DNA of 64,000 bases from Azolla caroliniana (lineage: Eukaryota > Plantae > Polypodiophyta). The position numbers and the translations under genes were made by a program. Shown here in pieces: positions 26,401 through 39,700 of this stretch. The stretch's first letter is position 1. The number at the start of each line of letters is the position of its first letter. Below the pieces are notes generated by a model, which saw nothing but the letters and a program-made list of their open reading frames with translations, did not search any database and had not been told where the DNA came from. The DNA lies in contig JBHGNT010000020.1 of assembly GCA_043228905.1 (NCBI GenBank), positions 744,001-808,000 of the forward strand, written 5' to 3'.

Positions 26401-27040
26401 TTCTATGTACTTCTTTGGTAATTGGACCCCCAATTCTTGTGAGCTAGATGAGGGAGTTGCTAAAACCGCAAACACAATCATGTCTTCCTTCCTTCCATCC
26501 CCTCGTAATTGATGTATAGAGATTGTTGAAATCATGTGGGATCCTAGATCCTTTGTTGGAGTTTCAAGAGACTCGGACTGTATTATGACCTCTTCAATAG
26601 TTCTTTTTCTCCAATCAATAGTTGGGTTATGTAATTCAAACCAAGGAAGACCAAGAACTAGAGAGTGCTCTGGACTACTAATGATGTTGAATGAGATGAT
26701 ACTAGCCAAATTACCTAGGACTACACGAATTGATTTAGACTCTTCGACTATATCACCTGATGTTATAAGGCGACCATCGATGACTCCTATAGCTACTGGG
26801 TTCGGGAGCTTGTTCAAGTTGATGTTTTGGGTCAATGCAAACTCGTGATCCATGAAACAAGAATTAGCTCCAGAATCTAGGACAGCAGAGGCTAGGACTC
26901 GATGACCTGTAGATGTGCTAAGCTCGACTTGTGCAGAAAAAACTCTACTAACTTGATTTGATGAAATGGAACCACAACTAGCAGACTCTACATATCTAGG
27001 ATGGTCGAACCAAATGGCTCCTATTTTGGCCAGACTTATT
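23409..27040 (-). pseudogene. Pol (PR-RT-RNaseH-IN-chromodomain) of the Tcn1-like element, disrupted
   Basis: LDSGAN protease, [25 protein letters not shown] RNase H, ISDRGPQF / YHPETNGQSER integrase and YEVDAILDS..LYYLVDWLGY...TWEP chromodomain. Confidence 0.93.
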
Positions 27041-28163
27041 CGTTTAACACATCCTCTAATTGGCTCAAGACATCAAATCTATTCGCATGGCATGGGTTAT
27101 TAGGCTTAGTAGTTAAGTTATTAAAAGTGATAGTAGAACTCATGGTAGGGTTGTCATGTGCACTTACTTGGTAAACTTGACGTCTGGGTTTATGTGGACA
27201 ATTCACAGCAATATGTCCTGGACCACCACAATAGAGGCATAGGCGATGCGCCCGACGTCGTTGTTTCTCAGCATCTGATAAAGGCCCTCGACGTTGTGTT
27301 GACTCTATTTCCATCGGAGTGGGACCATCCCTCGTAACGGGTCTAGGAACGTGTGGCGGTGTTGCGACTATTGAAGCATACATTTGTTCCGGTTGATGGC
27401 GTAGCATTTGTTGACGTTCAGAACGTCGCTCAAATAGGCGATTATCACATCGCACAGCTCGACTAATGGCCTCTGTAAGAGACTTTGGATCTTCGTGGAA
27501 AGTAAGAAGAAGATCTTTGACATCGTTACGCAAACCCTGACGGAATTGATCCATTAAGGCTGCCTCATCCCAAGGGATATCACATGCCAAGAGACGGAAA
27601 TCTACTGCGTAGGCTAAAGCGGGATGATCTCCTTGTCGAAGTCTTTGAATCTTGTTTATTGCCGTTCTAGTGCTATCGGTGTCTCCAAAACTAGCTTGAA
27701 ACTCTTTAACGAATGCCTCGAAATCCTCCAACAATGGTGATTTCTTCTCTAGAAGTGGTGCAAACCATGCTAATGTTGTACCACTTAGCAAGGTTCCTAT
27801 TAATCCCACACAAGCAACATCAGTTGGGTACCGATTGGGATGTAACTGAATCACCAAACGGACTTGATTCAGGAAACCTCGAAACAAAGATCGGGTACCA
27901 TCAAACTTGGCAGGGAGGCTAATCTTTGGTTCCCTTGGGAAGTTTTGAACCCCCGCCGCTTGTTCTCATAATGTTAATAAAGTAGCCCCGAGTTGATGAA
28001 CCCGTTGTGATAACTCCTCATATTGATGAGCTTTCTAGGTACTCACTTGTTGTAAATCCCCGAGTAGCCTATGATTTTCTTGCTCTAATGCCACAAACTT
28101 AGTCGTGAGCATGTCGAGCTCAGAAAGGACACGCATATACTCTTGCTTGCTGACGGATTCCAT
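27036..28163 (-). pseudogene. Gag of the Tcn1-like element (CCHC knuckle, premature stops near the N-terminus)
   Basis: EPKISLPAKFDG, FRGFLNQVRL, LRQG, FRQGL, PTPMEI and CLYCGGPGHIAVNC. Confidence 0.9.
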
Positions 28164-30399
28164 AACTGAGGGAGAAAAAGAAAGAAGGGAAAAGAAGAAA
28201 GCTTGTTAGGGTTATTGGAAAAGGAAATAGAAATATTCGGTTCAAACTGTCGAGACTCGTGGGTAGAAGATAGAGTGAGAGTGAGAGCGAGAGCGAAAGA
28301 GAGAGAGTGTGTGTGTGTGTGTGCGCGCGTGAGAGAGGGAGGGAGAGAGTGAGAGAGAGAGTGAGAAAGAGTGAGAGAGATAAGACTTGAAATAGAAATG
28401 AGATTATATTATGATGAAACAAGATCACAATGAGTAGGCTAAGGGCTAAAGACTGGTGTTGAACCGAATGAGTTGAAATGAATGTATGGACAGTTATTTA
28501 TAGGTCCTTATGGAGTATTCTAGAATGTTCTAGAATATTTTAGATTTTATGATAAGAAATATAATCATGAAATATTAAAGGATGTTCTAGAATAATCTAG
28601 AATGTTCTAGAATATTCTAATATCTTGTAATAACTAGAAACATAATTATTATAATCACACAACATATATGTTATTACAATGGTTAAGGGTTCAACACATA
28701 GACCAAGAAGTCGTGGGTTCGATTCTTGATAACCAAAATGTTGTCTTCATGACACCTGCGGTTCCACTTGAGCAACACACGCACGTGAATCTTTGTGACA
28801 ATAGCAAGCCATTTCCACGGACCAAAGTATGGATATAGCCGGTACTCCAAAACAAGCTATCTCAGAGAGAAGCTTACATAGCTACCCATAGAGTGGATCG
28901 GCTATGTAAGAAACGATCATCAGTGATGTTTCGGCTAGCCAAGTCAAACCACGCCAATCCGAAATACTGTTGTAGCCATTGGAGAGGTACTCTCCTGTTC
29001 TCTTCTTCACGGACGTCAGTGAGCTGATCACTTGGCATCTGGCGATGGAGTCCAAAATGAACTCCATTAGGCACAATCAAACATGGGACTTAGTTGAATT
29101 GACATGTTGTTCTGTGCTAATGGGACTTTTGATTGAAAGAGACGTTCGATTTGGCTAGTCCCAAGTATAAAGCTAGATTGATCGCAAAGGGTTCCCAACA
29201 AGAATATGGTGTCGACATCGATGAAATCTTTTCACGAGTGGTGAAAATGTCCACCCTTCATTTTTTGCTCGGCATTGTGGTAGCCGAAATTGGAGCTTAT
29301 CTAGCTAGACGTTAAGACGGTCTCCCTCCATGGTGATCTCGAGGAGGAAATCTGTATGGAACAACCGAAAGGCTTTGTCGTATCCGGCCAAGAACGTCTA
29401 GTCTACCAATTCAAGAAGAGTTTGTATGACCTCAAACAGGCTCCAAAACAGTGGTACCTAAAATTCGGCAACTTCATCCAATCAGTTGGCTTTTCTAAGA
29501 ACGATGAGAACCATTGCCTCTTTTCGAAAACAGCTCGAGATGGATCACCCATCTTCCTTATCCTATACGTGGATGATATTCTTCTTTCCAACTGACATGC
29601 TAGAGAGCTTGCCGACCTCGTTCAACAACTACGGTTGAAGTTCTCATTGAAGGACTTAGGCCTTGCTCAACACATCCTTGGTATGAAGATTAATTGACTC
29701 CGATGTGTCTTAGAGCACTTCAACATGCAGTCAACCAAATCTGCTTCAACCTTGCTCCTGATTAGCCTTTGGTTGTCTCAACAAGACCGTTTGAGATAAG
29801 GTTTGAAGGGGGAAGATATGAAGTCAGTACTGTATGCACCCATAGTCGGCTCCTTAATGTACGTGATGGTCGCGACACAACCAGATATAGCTCATGCCAT
29901 AGAGTCGAATACAAGAAAATAATGGACATATTCACACTATCCCATTGGATGGACTATGTTTAGGCCACAATTGTAATTATTGGAAATGGTAGTTGCCCTA
30001 GGTTAGTTAGTATTTAAATTGGCCTTTGTAACCTAGTTGGGGGTAGTTGTTGTTCATGTTGTAAATTGTGCCATTGTAACTTTGAGAGCAATAATACAGT
30101 TACATAGTCTTGTGCCTAACTTTGTTGCCTTCAATCTGCATTTGTTCTCTTGATCTTGTCTTGATTTAGTTGTCTGTCTTGGTATTCAATCTGTTATTAC
30201 ATTTTATATATGTTGTCTACTTAAAGATCTTCATCTTTGTGTATGAACTGCTACTCCAAGAACTCCTCTTTGAGCTTTCTGGTTGGTTCCCACTTGGCCC
30301 ACTCAAGTCATCTAGGACTTCTCTACCCCCGCTTGCCGGTTTGTTAGTTGGTCAGCTAGTTGATCCACTAGTTTCTGAGTTACCCTGGTCGTTAGTGTC

Positions 30400-30700
30400 C
30401 AATAATCCTCTATTGCTAGCACCATCTTAGTCATGGACTTCTTCCTCTAAGTCTATGCTTGGTTCCTTGGTGTACGAAGAGCTCACCTAATCAAAGACTA
30501 CATCTCTACTTGTATGGATATTCTTGGTTATTCGGTTGTAGCACCTATAGACCTTCTTCTAAACATCCAATGAAGATGCACTTCTCTACCTTTGCATCCA
30601 ACTTGTTCCATACTTCCGTCAGAATATGCACATAGGCTATTGCCCCAAACACTTGTTACATGGATACGATGCCACCATGAGATCATTCTTACAAGTGACA
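30400..30700 (-). pseudogene. Copia post-integrase fragment
   Basis: Minus strand reads VFGAIAYVHI...KLDAKVEKCIFIG. Confidence 0.7.
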
Positions 30701-31345
30701 TTCGTAATGACGTAACCATGTGATGGGCCACATGGGCCTACTACGAAAAGAGGGCTCATTTGGCTTGACCATTAGGTTGCACTTTGGCGTATGCCATCGT
30801 AATTACGAGACTTGAGGTTAGGTAACGTACCAACATATTTTGTAGTAAACAAGTGTTACCCGGCCGACAAAGAAGGCTTAAGGATGTCCAGACCAGAGTG
30901 TGAAAGGAATAATTTATTCGGGAACTGTTGTAATTATTTTATTAATATGGACAGACGAACCGGAATTGGTATGCCGATCCGGATCCAGACCGATTCTGAA
31001 TAGGTGCCGGTTGGCACCGTTTTGTACTTCGCACCGGAGACCTATATAAAGGCCCGGTTACAATGTAATTGACAACGGATAATTAATAGAACTTATTGCC
31101 TTAATCCTTAAGTATTGATTACCGTTCTGTGCTTATTGTATATCTTGCGCGTGTTAATGATGTATTGCTAAGTAACCGATTAAGGTCTAATTAAGCGTTG
31201 TGTCGTAAGTCATCCTGTCGTAACACCCTTTGGAGAAGTGTCTTAAGTGGACACCCTGTGTTAGGCTGTTGTCCGGCCCTAGGATTAACACGGTTTTTGG
31301 CGACCATGATTCCTGCACAATCGCAATGAACAACATCGGGAATGG

Positions 31346-34021
31346 ATGACTAGGCCAACAGACGACCTGATTACAGAGAGAGCACGAAGACTTGCTGAAC
31401 GGCGAAGGCAGTGACAGGCTTTCCAACAAGCAGCGGAAGAAATCCGATCGGATCGATCATTTTCCAAAGTGATCCAGAAAGTGGCGGAGGAGTCGCTCCG
31501 TCTGCAACAAAACACCTACCCGGACGAAGGAAGCAACTTAAGCAGTCTCCGGGAAGCGGAATCACTTCTCCAGGCCTTGGCCGGAAGAGACGGCGAATCT
31601 GAAGCATTTTCAGCGCTGGATTCGGATTCGGAAGGGGGTTACAATGCACACACAAACTATTGCAGCAGTAACGACACCCTAGGAGGACCGGAGGACGAGG
31701 AGTCGGATACATTACCGACACCGAAACCAGAGTTGTCAGACCGGGAACCCCCGACACTAGACGTGGAGCAACCTTTGAAGATGGAAGAAGACAAAGAAAT
31801 ACCTCCGACATCGGAAGTCGAGCCGGCAACACCAAAGGAAGATCGCCAAAGACCTCCGACGCCGACAGAACAGTAGGAAAGACCACTGGCACCGCCAGCC
31901 CGCGTACCGACACCAGACGACGACATGCCGTTCCAGTACTCCAAGTATAGGGATGACCCGGACGCGGAGGCTCATGTTCACGCGTTTCAACAAACATGGG
32001 AGGCGAACCATGTGTCACAACGGTTAACCGCGGCCGAAGAGGAACGATCTAAGATAGCCGAATTCAGCGTGACATTGGAAGGACCGGCCGCTAGATGGCA
32101 CCGGACGCAGGACCCCAGCACCATCACCACCTTTGCGGACTTGAAAGATAAATTCTTGCACTTCTTTCAGAAGGAGGTGGACCAGAGAGAAATGGTGGGC
32201 CTATTTTATACCATCCAGCAGGACCCCGGGGAGAGCATTCCGCAGTTTGTCATCCGGTTTCAACGGATGCACAGTCAACTTACCCGCGCACCTCCGGAGG
32301 AAGAAACATGGGCTATATTCTTAGCCGTGCTCCGGGAACCTCTACGAACGGTATGCATGGTCATCGACTTTCGCACAAGCACCGTCGACCAGGTTATCGA
32401 CTGGGTTAGAGAAATGGAGAAAATGAGCTCTTGGCTAACAATGGGAGCCCTCCAACGAGCGTTACCAACCGATGAGGATCTCCGGTTCCGGCAAGCAATC
32501 TAATGCACGACCTGCTTGAATTCCGGACACTCGGCACTAGAGTGCACCATGCAGACACACTGCTTACTCTGCCAATCTACGAGCCACACAATGGACCGGT
32601 GCAAATATAACTTATTGAATCGGCAAGCACCACCAATCCGGCAAATCGAGCCATGTAGTGGCCGTGACGAAGAAGACGAGTGCTGGCGGCGAGAGGAGCG
32701 ATATCGACCGACACAGGATGTCCGGTACGGCGATCGGCGAGACAACTATGACCGGTACCGAGATTACAATGGACGGTACGAGCATTACAACCGGGATCAC
32801 TCCCTCGGGTATCACCAATGACGGGAAGATTACTGGAGATATGACGACCAACCCCGTCAAGGGTACCACAACAAAAAGAACTTTAATAAAAAATGGCATT
32901 TCAAAAAAGGGAGCCACCCACGTGAACCGGAAAAAGGCGCCTCAAGTAGCCAACCGGACCAAAGCCCCGCGGTTACCACAGGTCCTCCACTAGGTACAAG
33001 AAACAATGTTGAATCCAGCAATACCCGGAAAGCATATTGCTATTATTGCCGGTAAGAAGGACATTATAGTAATCAATGTCTGGCAAAGAGCTATGACAAG
33101 GGACCGACAGTAAACATGGTAGTCGCCGAAGTCGCAAACCTGCAGCAGGTTACCACAAGATCGAAGGGCAAGACGACAGAATGGGAGACACAAGAGGCCA
33201 CCCGGAAGCAGGCAACGGAATGGGTGAAAAAGGCAAATGAGCGAAATGTAGCAGAACTTGCGCAGCAAAAGGAGAACACCGAAGAGCTCGCCGGCGGCAA
33301 TCAGACCGAAAATGCAACATGGCAGGCATTGCAGGAGTGCCAAATCACGCTGCCATTAGGACGACTCCTGCAACTAGTGCCCAGATTCACAGAAGGACTC
33401 AAGACAGGCATGACGGCAGGAGAGACACCACCAACACCAACATTCTTCTCAAATCCGGAGGAGGGATCGGCGGTGGTAGACACAAACAGTCTAGCGATAA
33501 CAGCCATCGTGAAGGGAAAAGAGTTACCCAGAATAGTAATAGATGGAGGATCCGACGTCAATGTGATTAGCCTCCGAACATGCACAACCTTGGGAATCCA
33601 AGAGTGGGAACCATGCCCGTTCTAGCTACGGATGGCAGATACAAGCTTAGTACGACCAACCGGCTTGATACGAGATTTGGAAGTAACAATCGGGAGCCAC
33701 ACATTTCGCATCTCGGCAGTAGGGCTACAATTACAGGCACAAGGAGCTTACCCGCTATTGTTGGGGCGGCCGTGGTTAAAAACGGCGCACATTAAACAAA
33801 ATTGGAGGAAGAATATAATCACCTTCCGACGGGGAAAAGCAAAAGTGCGGGTACCGACGCAACCACGGACGGGTACCGGGAAGGAATTGACACCCCTATA
33901 TGCCGAATGTGTCAATATGTTGGACGGATTAGCAGACGAAGAGGTGGACCAATACTTGCAAGATAATCCGAAGATAGTACCCCTGTTCGAAATTGACGTA
34001 GCGGGAGCCGTATCACCATAA
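31346..34021 (+). pseudogene. Gag-protease of the Athila-like element (one frame, several nonsense mutations)
   Basis: ORF pieces 31469, 31925, 32516, 33116 and 33632 share one frame. Motifs Q..GESIPQFVIRF, CCHC knuckles, IDGGSDVNVI and LLLGRPWL. Confidence 0.88.
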
Positions 34022-36059
34022 ATACTGCACCGGACGGAGCGGACGAAGAACCAAATAAAGAAGTGATCCGGGAGCGACGGCAAGCACAAGAAGCGCTGGA
34101 AAAAGAAATGCTCGTATCACAACGGGTTAAAGCATCCCAACTAGAGGAGGTAAATCTAGGAACTAAGGAAGAGGCGAGACCGGTGCAGATAGCCAAAGAA
34201 ATGACTACGGAGAATAGAACGGCGATAATTACACTTCTCAAAGAGTTTCAGGACGTGTTTGCCTGGTCCTACGAGGATATGAGAGGGCTCGATCCTCAGC
34301 TATATCAGCATCAGATACATTTGAGCAAAGACGCCAAACCGGTAGCACAACGACGGTACCGGATGAATCCAAACTACGCCGCCAAAGTCAAGGAGGAAAT
34401 CGACAAGTTGTTGACGATTGGCTTTATTCGTTCCGTAAAGAAGCCTACATGGCTGAGCCCGATAGTAGTCGTACCAAAGAAAAACGGCAAAATCAGAGTA
34501 TGCGTCGACTATAGGAAGCTTAATGCGGCAACGGTAACTGATGCATTTCCACTTCCATTTACGGATGGAGTTTTGGACGCAGTCGCCGACCATGAGGTAT
34601 ACAGTTTTTTAGACGGATTTAGCGGATACAACCAGATCCGGATGCACCCCGATGACCAGGAGAAAATGACTTTCATCACTGAATGGGCAGTGTTTATTGC
34701 CGTAGTGATGATGTTCAGACTAAAAACGGCGCCTGCAACGTTCCAGAGGATCATCATGGAAATATTCAGAGAATTCATACCGGCATTCATGCAAGTGTTC
34801 CTCGACGACTTCGTCATTTACAGCCGGGAAGGAGACCACCTTCAGCACCTCCGACTGTGTCTAGAAAAGTGTAGGGCTTACCGGCTAAGCCTGAATCCGG
34901 CGAAGTATGTATTCGGCGGGTCCAGCGGAACGCTACTGGGGCACATTGTCAGCAAGGAGGGCATCGCCGTGGATCCGGACAAAGTAAAAGCAATCTTGGA
35001 GGCATCGGCACCAACAACGGCAAAAGCATTGAGTTGTTTCTTAGGCCAAATCCATTGGCATTGCCGAATGCTCCGGTATTTTGGCAGACCTAGTTACACC
35101 ACTGCATGTTGCGGTACACCGAACACCGTTCCAGTGGACCGACACCGAAGACAAGGCGTACCGGGCACTCAAAGTTTTATTATCGCAAGCGTCGGTAGTG
35201 CAACCCCTGGATTGGGCGAAGGAATTTCATGTGTTCGTGGATGCGTCCGACATTGCAATCGGGAGTACGCTGATGCAACTTACGGAGCCAAGATGGTACC
35301 GGCCCGTATATTACGCAAGCCGGAAGTTATCCCAAGCCGAACGAAATTATTCCACCACGGAAAGGGAAGCTTTAGGCATGATCTATAGCGTAACAAAATT
35401 CAGGCATTATTTATTGGGAAGAAAGTTTTCCTTCCATGTAGATCATTCGACACTCCTCTACCTAGTGTCCAAAGCATCACTTACCGGTAAGTTGGCCCGG
35501 TGGACTTTGCTATTACAGGAATTCAAATTCGAGATATTCCACCGACTCGACATACAACATGCGGTAGCAGATTATTTAAGCCAGTTAGATTCCGACGAAA
35601 CCGGCGACGGAGTACCGGACAAGTTTCCAGATGCTGAGCTATTTCGAGTCACCACGGTGTCGTGAAGATCCGTCACTACGCGCGGATCGTGAGGCGGAAC
35701 CGCCGGGATTCTGGACCAGAAGGATTTAGAGTCGATACAAGCTTTGGCGAGAAAGTACTTAAGATAGATTGGGAAAGAGAGAAGATGAGATTACACGATT
35801 GATTTGATAACAAATTTCTTCTTCTTAATTTTCATAAAAAAAAACCGTCCTTTTTCTCCTCCCCCTTCCCTCTTTTATAGATGCTCTCATGCATATAATG
35901 CATGTGAGGGTACAAGACATGCATAAATTGCATGTTTGCCATTTGGCGCTTAAGTATTACATGTGGTGCATGCTAACCATGTCACTCATTTTAGCTCTCA
36001 TGTATGAGAATTTACGTGTAAAAGTACAATGATAGAAATATAATTTCAACTAAATACCA

Positions 36060-36115
36060 TGGCTTAATGGTAAGCCATTTGATTCCTAACTTGGAGGTGC
36101 AAGGTTCGAATCCAT
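36060..36115 (+). promoter_or_regulatory. tRNA-like A/B-box module in LTR U3 (copy at 42854-42909)
   Basis: A-box TGGCTTAATGG inside a D-arm-like hairpin GGCTT-AATGGT-AAGCC, and a perfect B-box GGTTCGAATCC at tRNA spacing. Confidence 0.75.
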
Positions 36116-36701
36116 ACTTGCCCTCCTTGTATATGAAAATATGTATATATATTTATATATTTATTTTATCTAGTCGCCGGTTCGCCGGATACCGTCGCCG
36201 GACGCCGGTGCCGCCGTCGGATGCCGTCGGATCACCGGCTCCATCGCCGGTCCGGTTTTGGTTGGCCAAAACCCTTTTCGAGTAGCTAGCCACCTCCACT
36301 CTAAGTTCAAGTTACCTTGAACTCTCTATGCTCCACACATAGACACAAAGATAATATCTTTTGCTCCACCTTATATATGATGAGAGCCGTATTTGTCGTG
36401 CCTATGTGGGATATCTCACAATTTTCTCTTTTCTTTTCACAAACTTTATACCCTCATATCTTGACATTTAGTTGTCCATTTCTCGTGTAATAAAGTGCAT
36501 TCGAAACCTCCATCATTTTGTACTTAGATATTAAAAATGTTATCTTCACAATTATTGTATTATGTGATTCATACTCGATTTCGTACGTTTTATGGGATTT
36601 TCACACTATTGCCGAAAATCTTCACGACATCCACCCCCACCAAACCGCACGTCCTCCGGTATGTGCCAAGAAGAGAAGAAGTGAGATTTCGGCTACGATG
36701 A

Positions 36702-39700
36702 TCAATTAGATTCCTCCATGTCTTCATTTTCATCCGGCCTATTATGTTCATCGTCGAGGTAATCGAGGTCAGGATCCTTGTCTTGTCTTTTCTTGAAAAG
36801 CTTTACTCTTTTCCCCGCAATGGGTACGGCCAACCTTGATCCGTCTAGTTCCGCAAGGTGGTATGTGGCATTATCGTTGGCACTTGTCACCACATACGGC
36901 CCGAACCATCTTCTTGCGAACTTCCTTGTTGTACTATGTTGATTGTCAAGGGTGCTGTCGTAAACCAAAACCCAATCCCCTTCTTCAATCTTCTTGGGAC
37001 GAAGTCGATGCGTGTTGTCGAACCGAACTTTGTTCTTTACTCGGGCTGCCTTCATCATCTTTCGCGCTTTTTCTAAATCTTCAGGTCTTCTTTCAAGTTG
37101 CCTTATCCGCGCCGCTAATAACTCTTCTTGACTCATCTCGTTCTCCCACGGTATCGCTACCCATGAGGCGATCGTCCTTTCGATGGGCATAATCGGCTTT
37201 TGTCCATACATAAGCTCTGTCGGCATATACCCTGTCACCGAGCTATGTGTCGTTCTATCGGCCCACAAGGCATAGGGTAATAGTCGTGGCCAATTCCCGA
37301 CCCGACCGTTGCATGCCCGTACGATGGCTTTAACGATAGGTCCATGCCCTCGCTCGATCTTCCCATTTGCTTCCGGATTGTAGGCAGTCGTGAGGGAGAG
37401 CTTCACGCCTAGTCTTTCGAAGAGCTCCGTCGCTTTGTGCGCGTCCAACTCCCCTCGGTCGGCCACTATCTTCCCTACACATCCATATCGGCAAACAACA
37501 TCTTCAAGTAGAAATTTGCAAACGGCTGAAGTCGTCTTGTTTGTCAAGGCTCGTCCTTCCACTTGATTTGTCAAGTCTTCCCTTGCTAGCGCTAGGTACT
37601 TCATTTGTCCACTCCCATTGGCATCGAGACCAGATCCACCATCCATTTGAAGTGTATGGTGAGTGGGTATGTCGGCTTTAACTCATCACGATGACGTATA
37701 TTTGAATATACTTGGCAAGTTTCGCATGTGGACACGAAATGAAGTACATCTTTGTACATGCTTGGCCACCAGTACTTCTCCTTCAACTTTTCGAACGTCG
37801 CCCATGTTCCTCTATGACCTGCCCAAGCACTCTCGTGGAATTCGGTCATCAGTGTCTCTTGGTCTTCTTTCTTTACCACCACTCGTCGTGGTATTCCTGT
37901 CCTTCTTTTTGGATGTCGCCAAAGGAATCCTCCCTTCAAGAAGTATTGGTAAGCTTTCTTTCGGATTCGTAGGGCCTCCTCCTTTGTCAACGAAGCATCT
38001 GTCGTCAATGTTCTTAGGAATCTACCGATGAGTAACCACTCTCCTTCGTACTCGTTCTCGTTGAAGGCGTGGAGGGTTTGCGTGTCCTGGTCTTCCGCCG
38101 ACAATCGAGCCATCTTGAAGAAGTCGAGGGCGACATCTTCATCTTCCGAAACCATGTTACTTCCGTTTGAAAATCTTGCCCTCGACAGCATGTCAGCCAT
38201 GGCGTTCTTCTTCCCTGCAATGTGACGGATCTCTGGGTTTAAAGACTTGATGTAGGCGATCCACCTTAGCATAGCAAGATCTGGGGTCGCACATCCCGAG
38301 ACCATTCCGAGAATTGGGAGACAATCTATCTCTATTATCACTTATGACCCGATCAGGTAATCTTTGTCCGTCTTCACTGCCGACACAATACCCCAAAGTT
38401 CCCGCTTGACTTGGGCATATCTTTGTTGCCGTTCGCTGAGAACCTTTGCTCCGAACCGGACGGCATATCGCGCATTATCTTCACCTTCTTGATTGATGAC
38501 CCACCCGATTCCGGTTCGGCTCGTATCTACGGTCACGTAAATTGGTTTCCCTTCAGCATAGTCGGCCTTCCTTAGTGGCGGAGCTTCAAGAAGCAGTTTC
38601 TTTAATCTTCGCATCGCCTCTGTGTGCTCGTCTCGCCATTCGAACTTTATTCTTTTCTTTAGTAGTCCATATAACGGTTCGGCGACATGAGCGTAGTGAG
38701 GAATCCATATATGATAAAACGTGCACGCTCCAAGGAACCTTCGAACCTCCGTTTGGTTTTCGCATTCTTCTTTCATGTCTTGGATTGCGTTCACTTTGGA
38801 TGGCAAGGGCTTTCGGCCATATGCTCCACACAAGTGACCTACCACCAAGATCTCCGGTTGCCCGAATGCGGATTTTTCTCCCGAAAATGTCAAATTCGCA
38901 TCTTCGAGCCTTTGAAGCACCTTCTCGCAATCTTTCATATGATCCGCAACGAACTTTCTACAACCTTCCTTATCTTTCGATTCATCTTTCTCCTCATCTG
39001 AACATCCTTTTATCGGAATATCATCCAAGAATGACATCGTGATGTCCGGAATGCAATCCTTCAAGACTTTATTCATGGCATTCACCATATGAGCCACCGA
39101 GTTCGTTGCGCCTTGGGGTAAGGTACACATCCGCACAAGCCTGATCGGAGTCCTCATGGTTGTAATGTCCCGACTGTCGATCGCCAATTGGAATTGGTCA
39201 TATCCGGAGTAGAGATCGCCAATGGAGTAGATGGACCGGCCCGCAAACGCTTCGGCAAATTCGTCCACGCTCGGACCGATTCCGACATTTCGAATTGTCA
39301 CCTTGTTGACGGGTTGAAGATCTTGGATGAATCGCAATGATCCATTCTTCTTCGGCACCGTGAACCACCTATTGGAATAAGGAGCATTCGACGGTTCTAG
39401 AATTCCCATACTCACCTTCTCCTTTAAGAGCTCGATCAGCTTCGGAAGGTGTGCTCTCGGAACCGGTATCGGTTTCAAATTCCAAGGCACATGAGGCACC
39501 GTGAAGATCACCATTGGCTCTATAACCTTTGGGTCGGCACATCCGATTTCTCGTGGGAAGAATGCGAAATCCTTCCCATGTCTCTCAAGCATATCGCGAA
39601 ACATTCGCTCCTCTTCAGGGAGAAGGAAATCCTCCTTTCCAACTCGTAGCTTCCCCTTCGTCTCTTTGGTGAAGTCATGACCTATCTTCTTCGGATCTCT

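Larger units (their letters stand above)
22916..28754 (-). mobile_element. Full-length Ty3/Gypsy chromovirus, Tcn1-like
   Basis: LTRs 28248-28754 and 22916-23416 are near-identical, with PPT GAAAGGGGGGATAA. Order is gag-PR-RT-RH-IN-chromodomain. Flanks CTTGT/CCTGC. Confidence 0.95.
21782..28800 (+). mobile_element. Solo LTR (21782-22915 plus 28755-28800) interrupted by the Tcn1-like element
   Basis: TGTCAT...TGTGACA ends. The tail GCGGTTCCACTTGAGCAACACACGCACGTG matches the end of the 21116 LTR. Flanks ACGG/ATAG may be a decayed 4-bp TSD. Confidence 0.6.
21600..29950 (+). mobile_element. Copia remnant (post-integrase region and RT) split by the insertions at 21782-28800
   Basis: DPENRQVIRSLDAIFNES at about 21630. 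After 28800: YKARLIAKG, MEQPKGF, SLYDLKQAPKQWY, LYVDDIL. Confidence 0.8.

Noticed and set aside
36055-36125. Functional tRNA gene (CT-CCT-AA loop suggests Arg-CCT in the 42854 copy)
   Set aside because: The acceptor and anticodon stems do not pair, so it is treated as a tRNA-like promoter module only.
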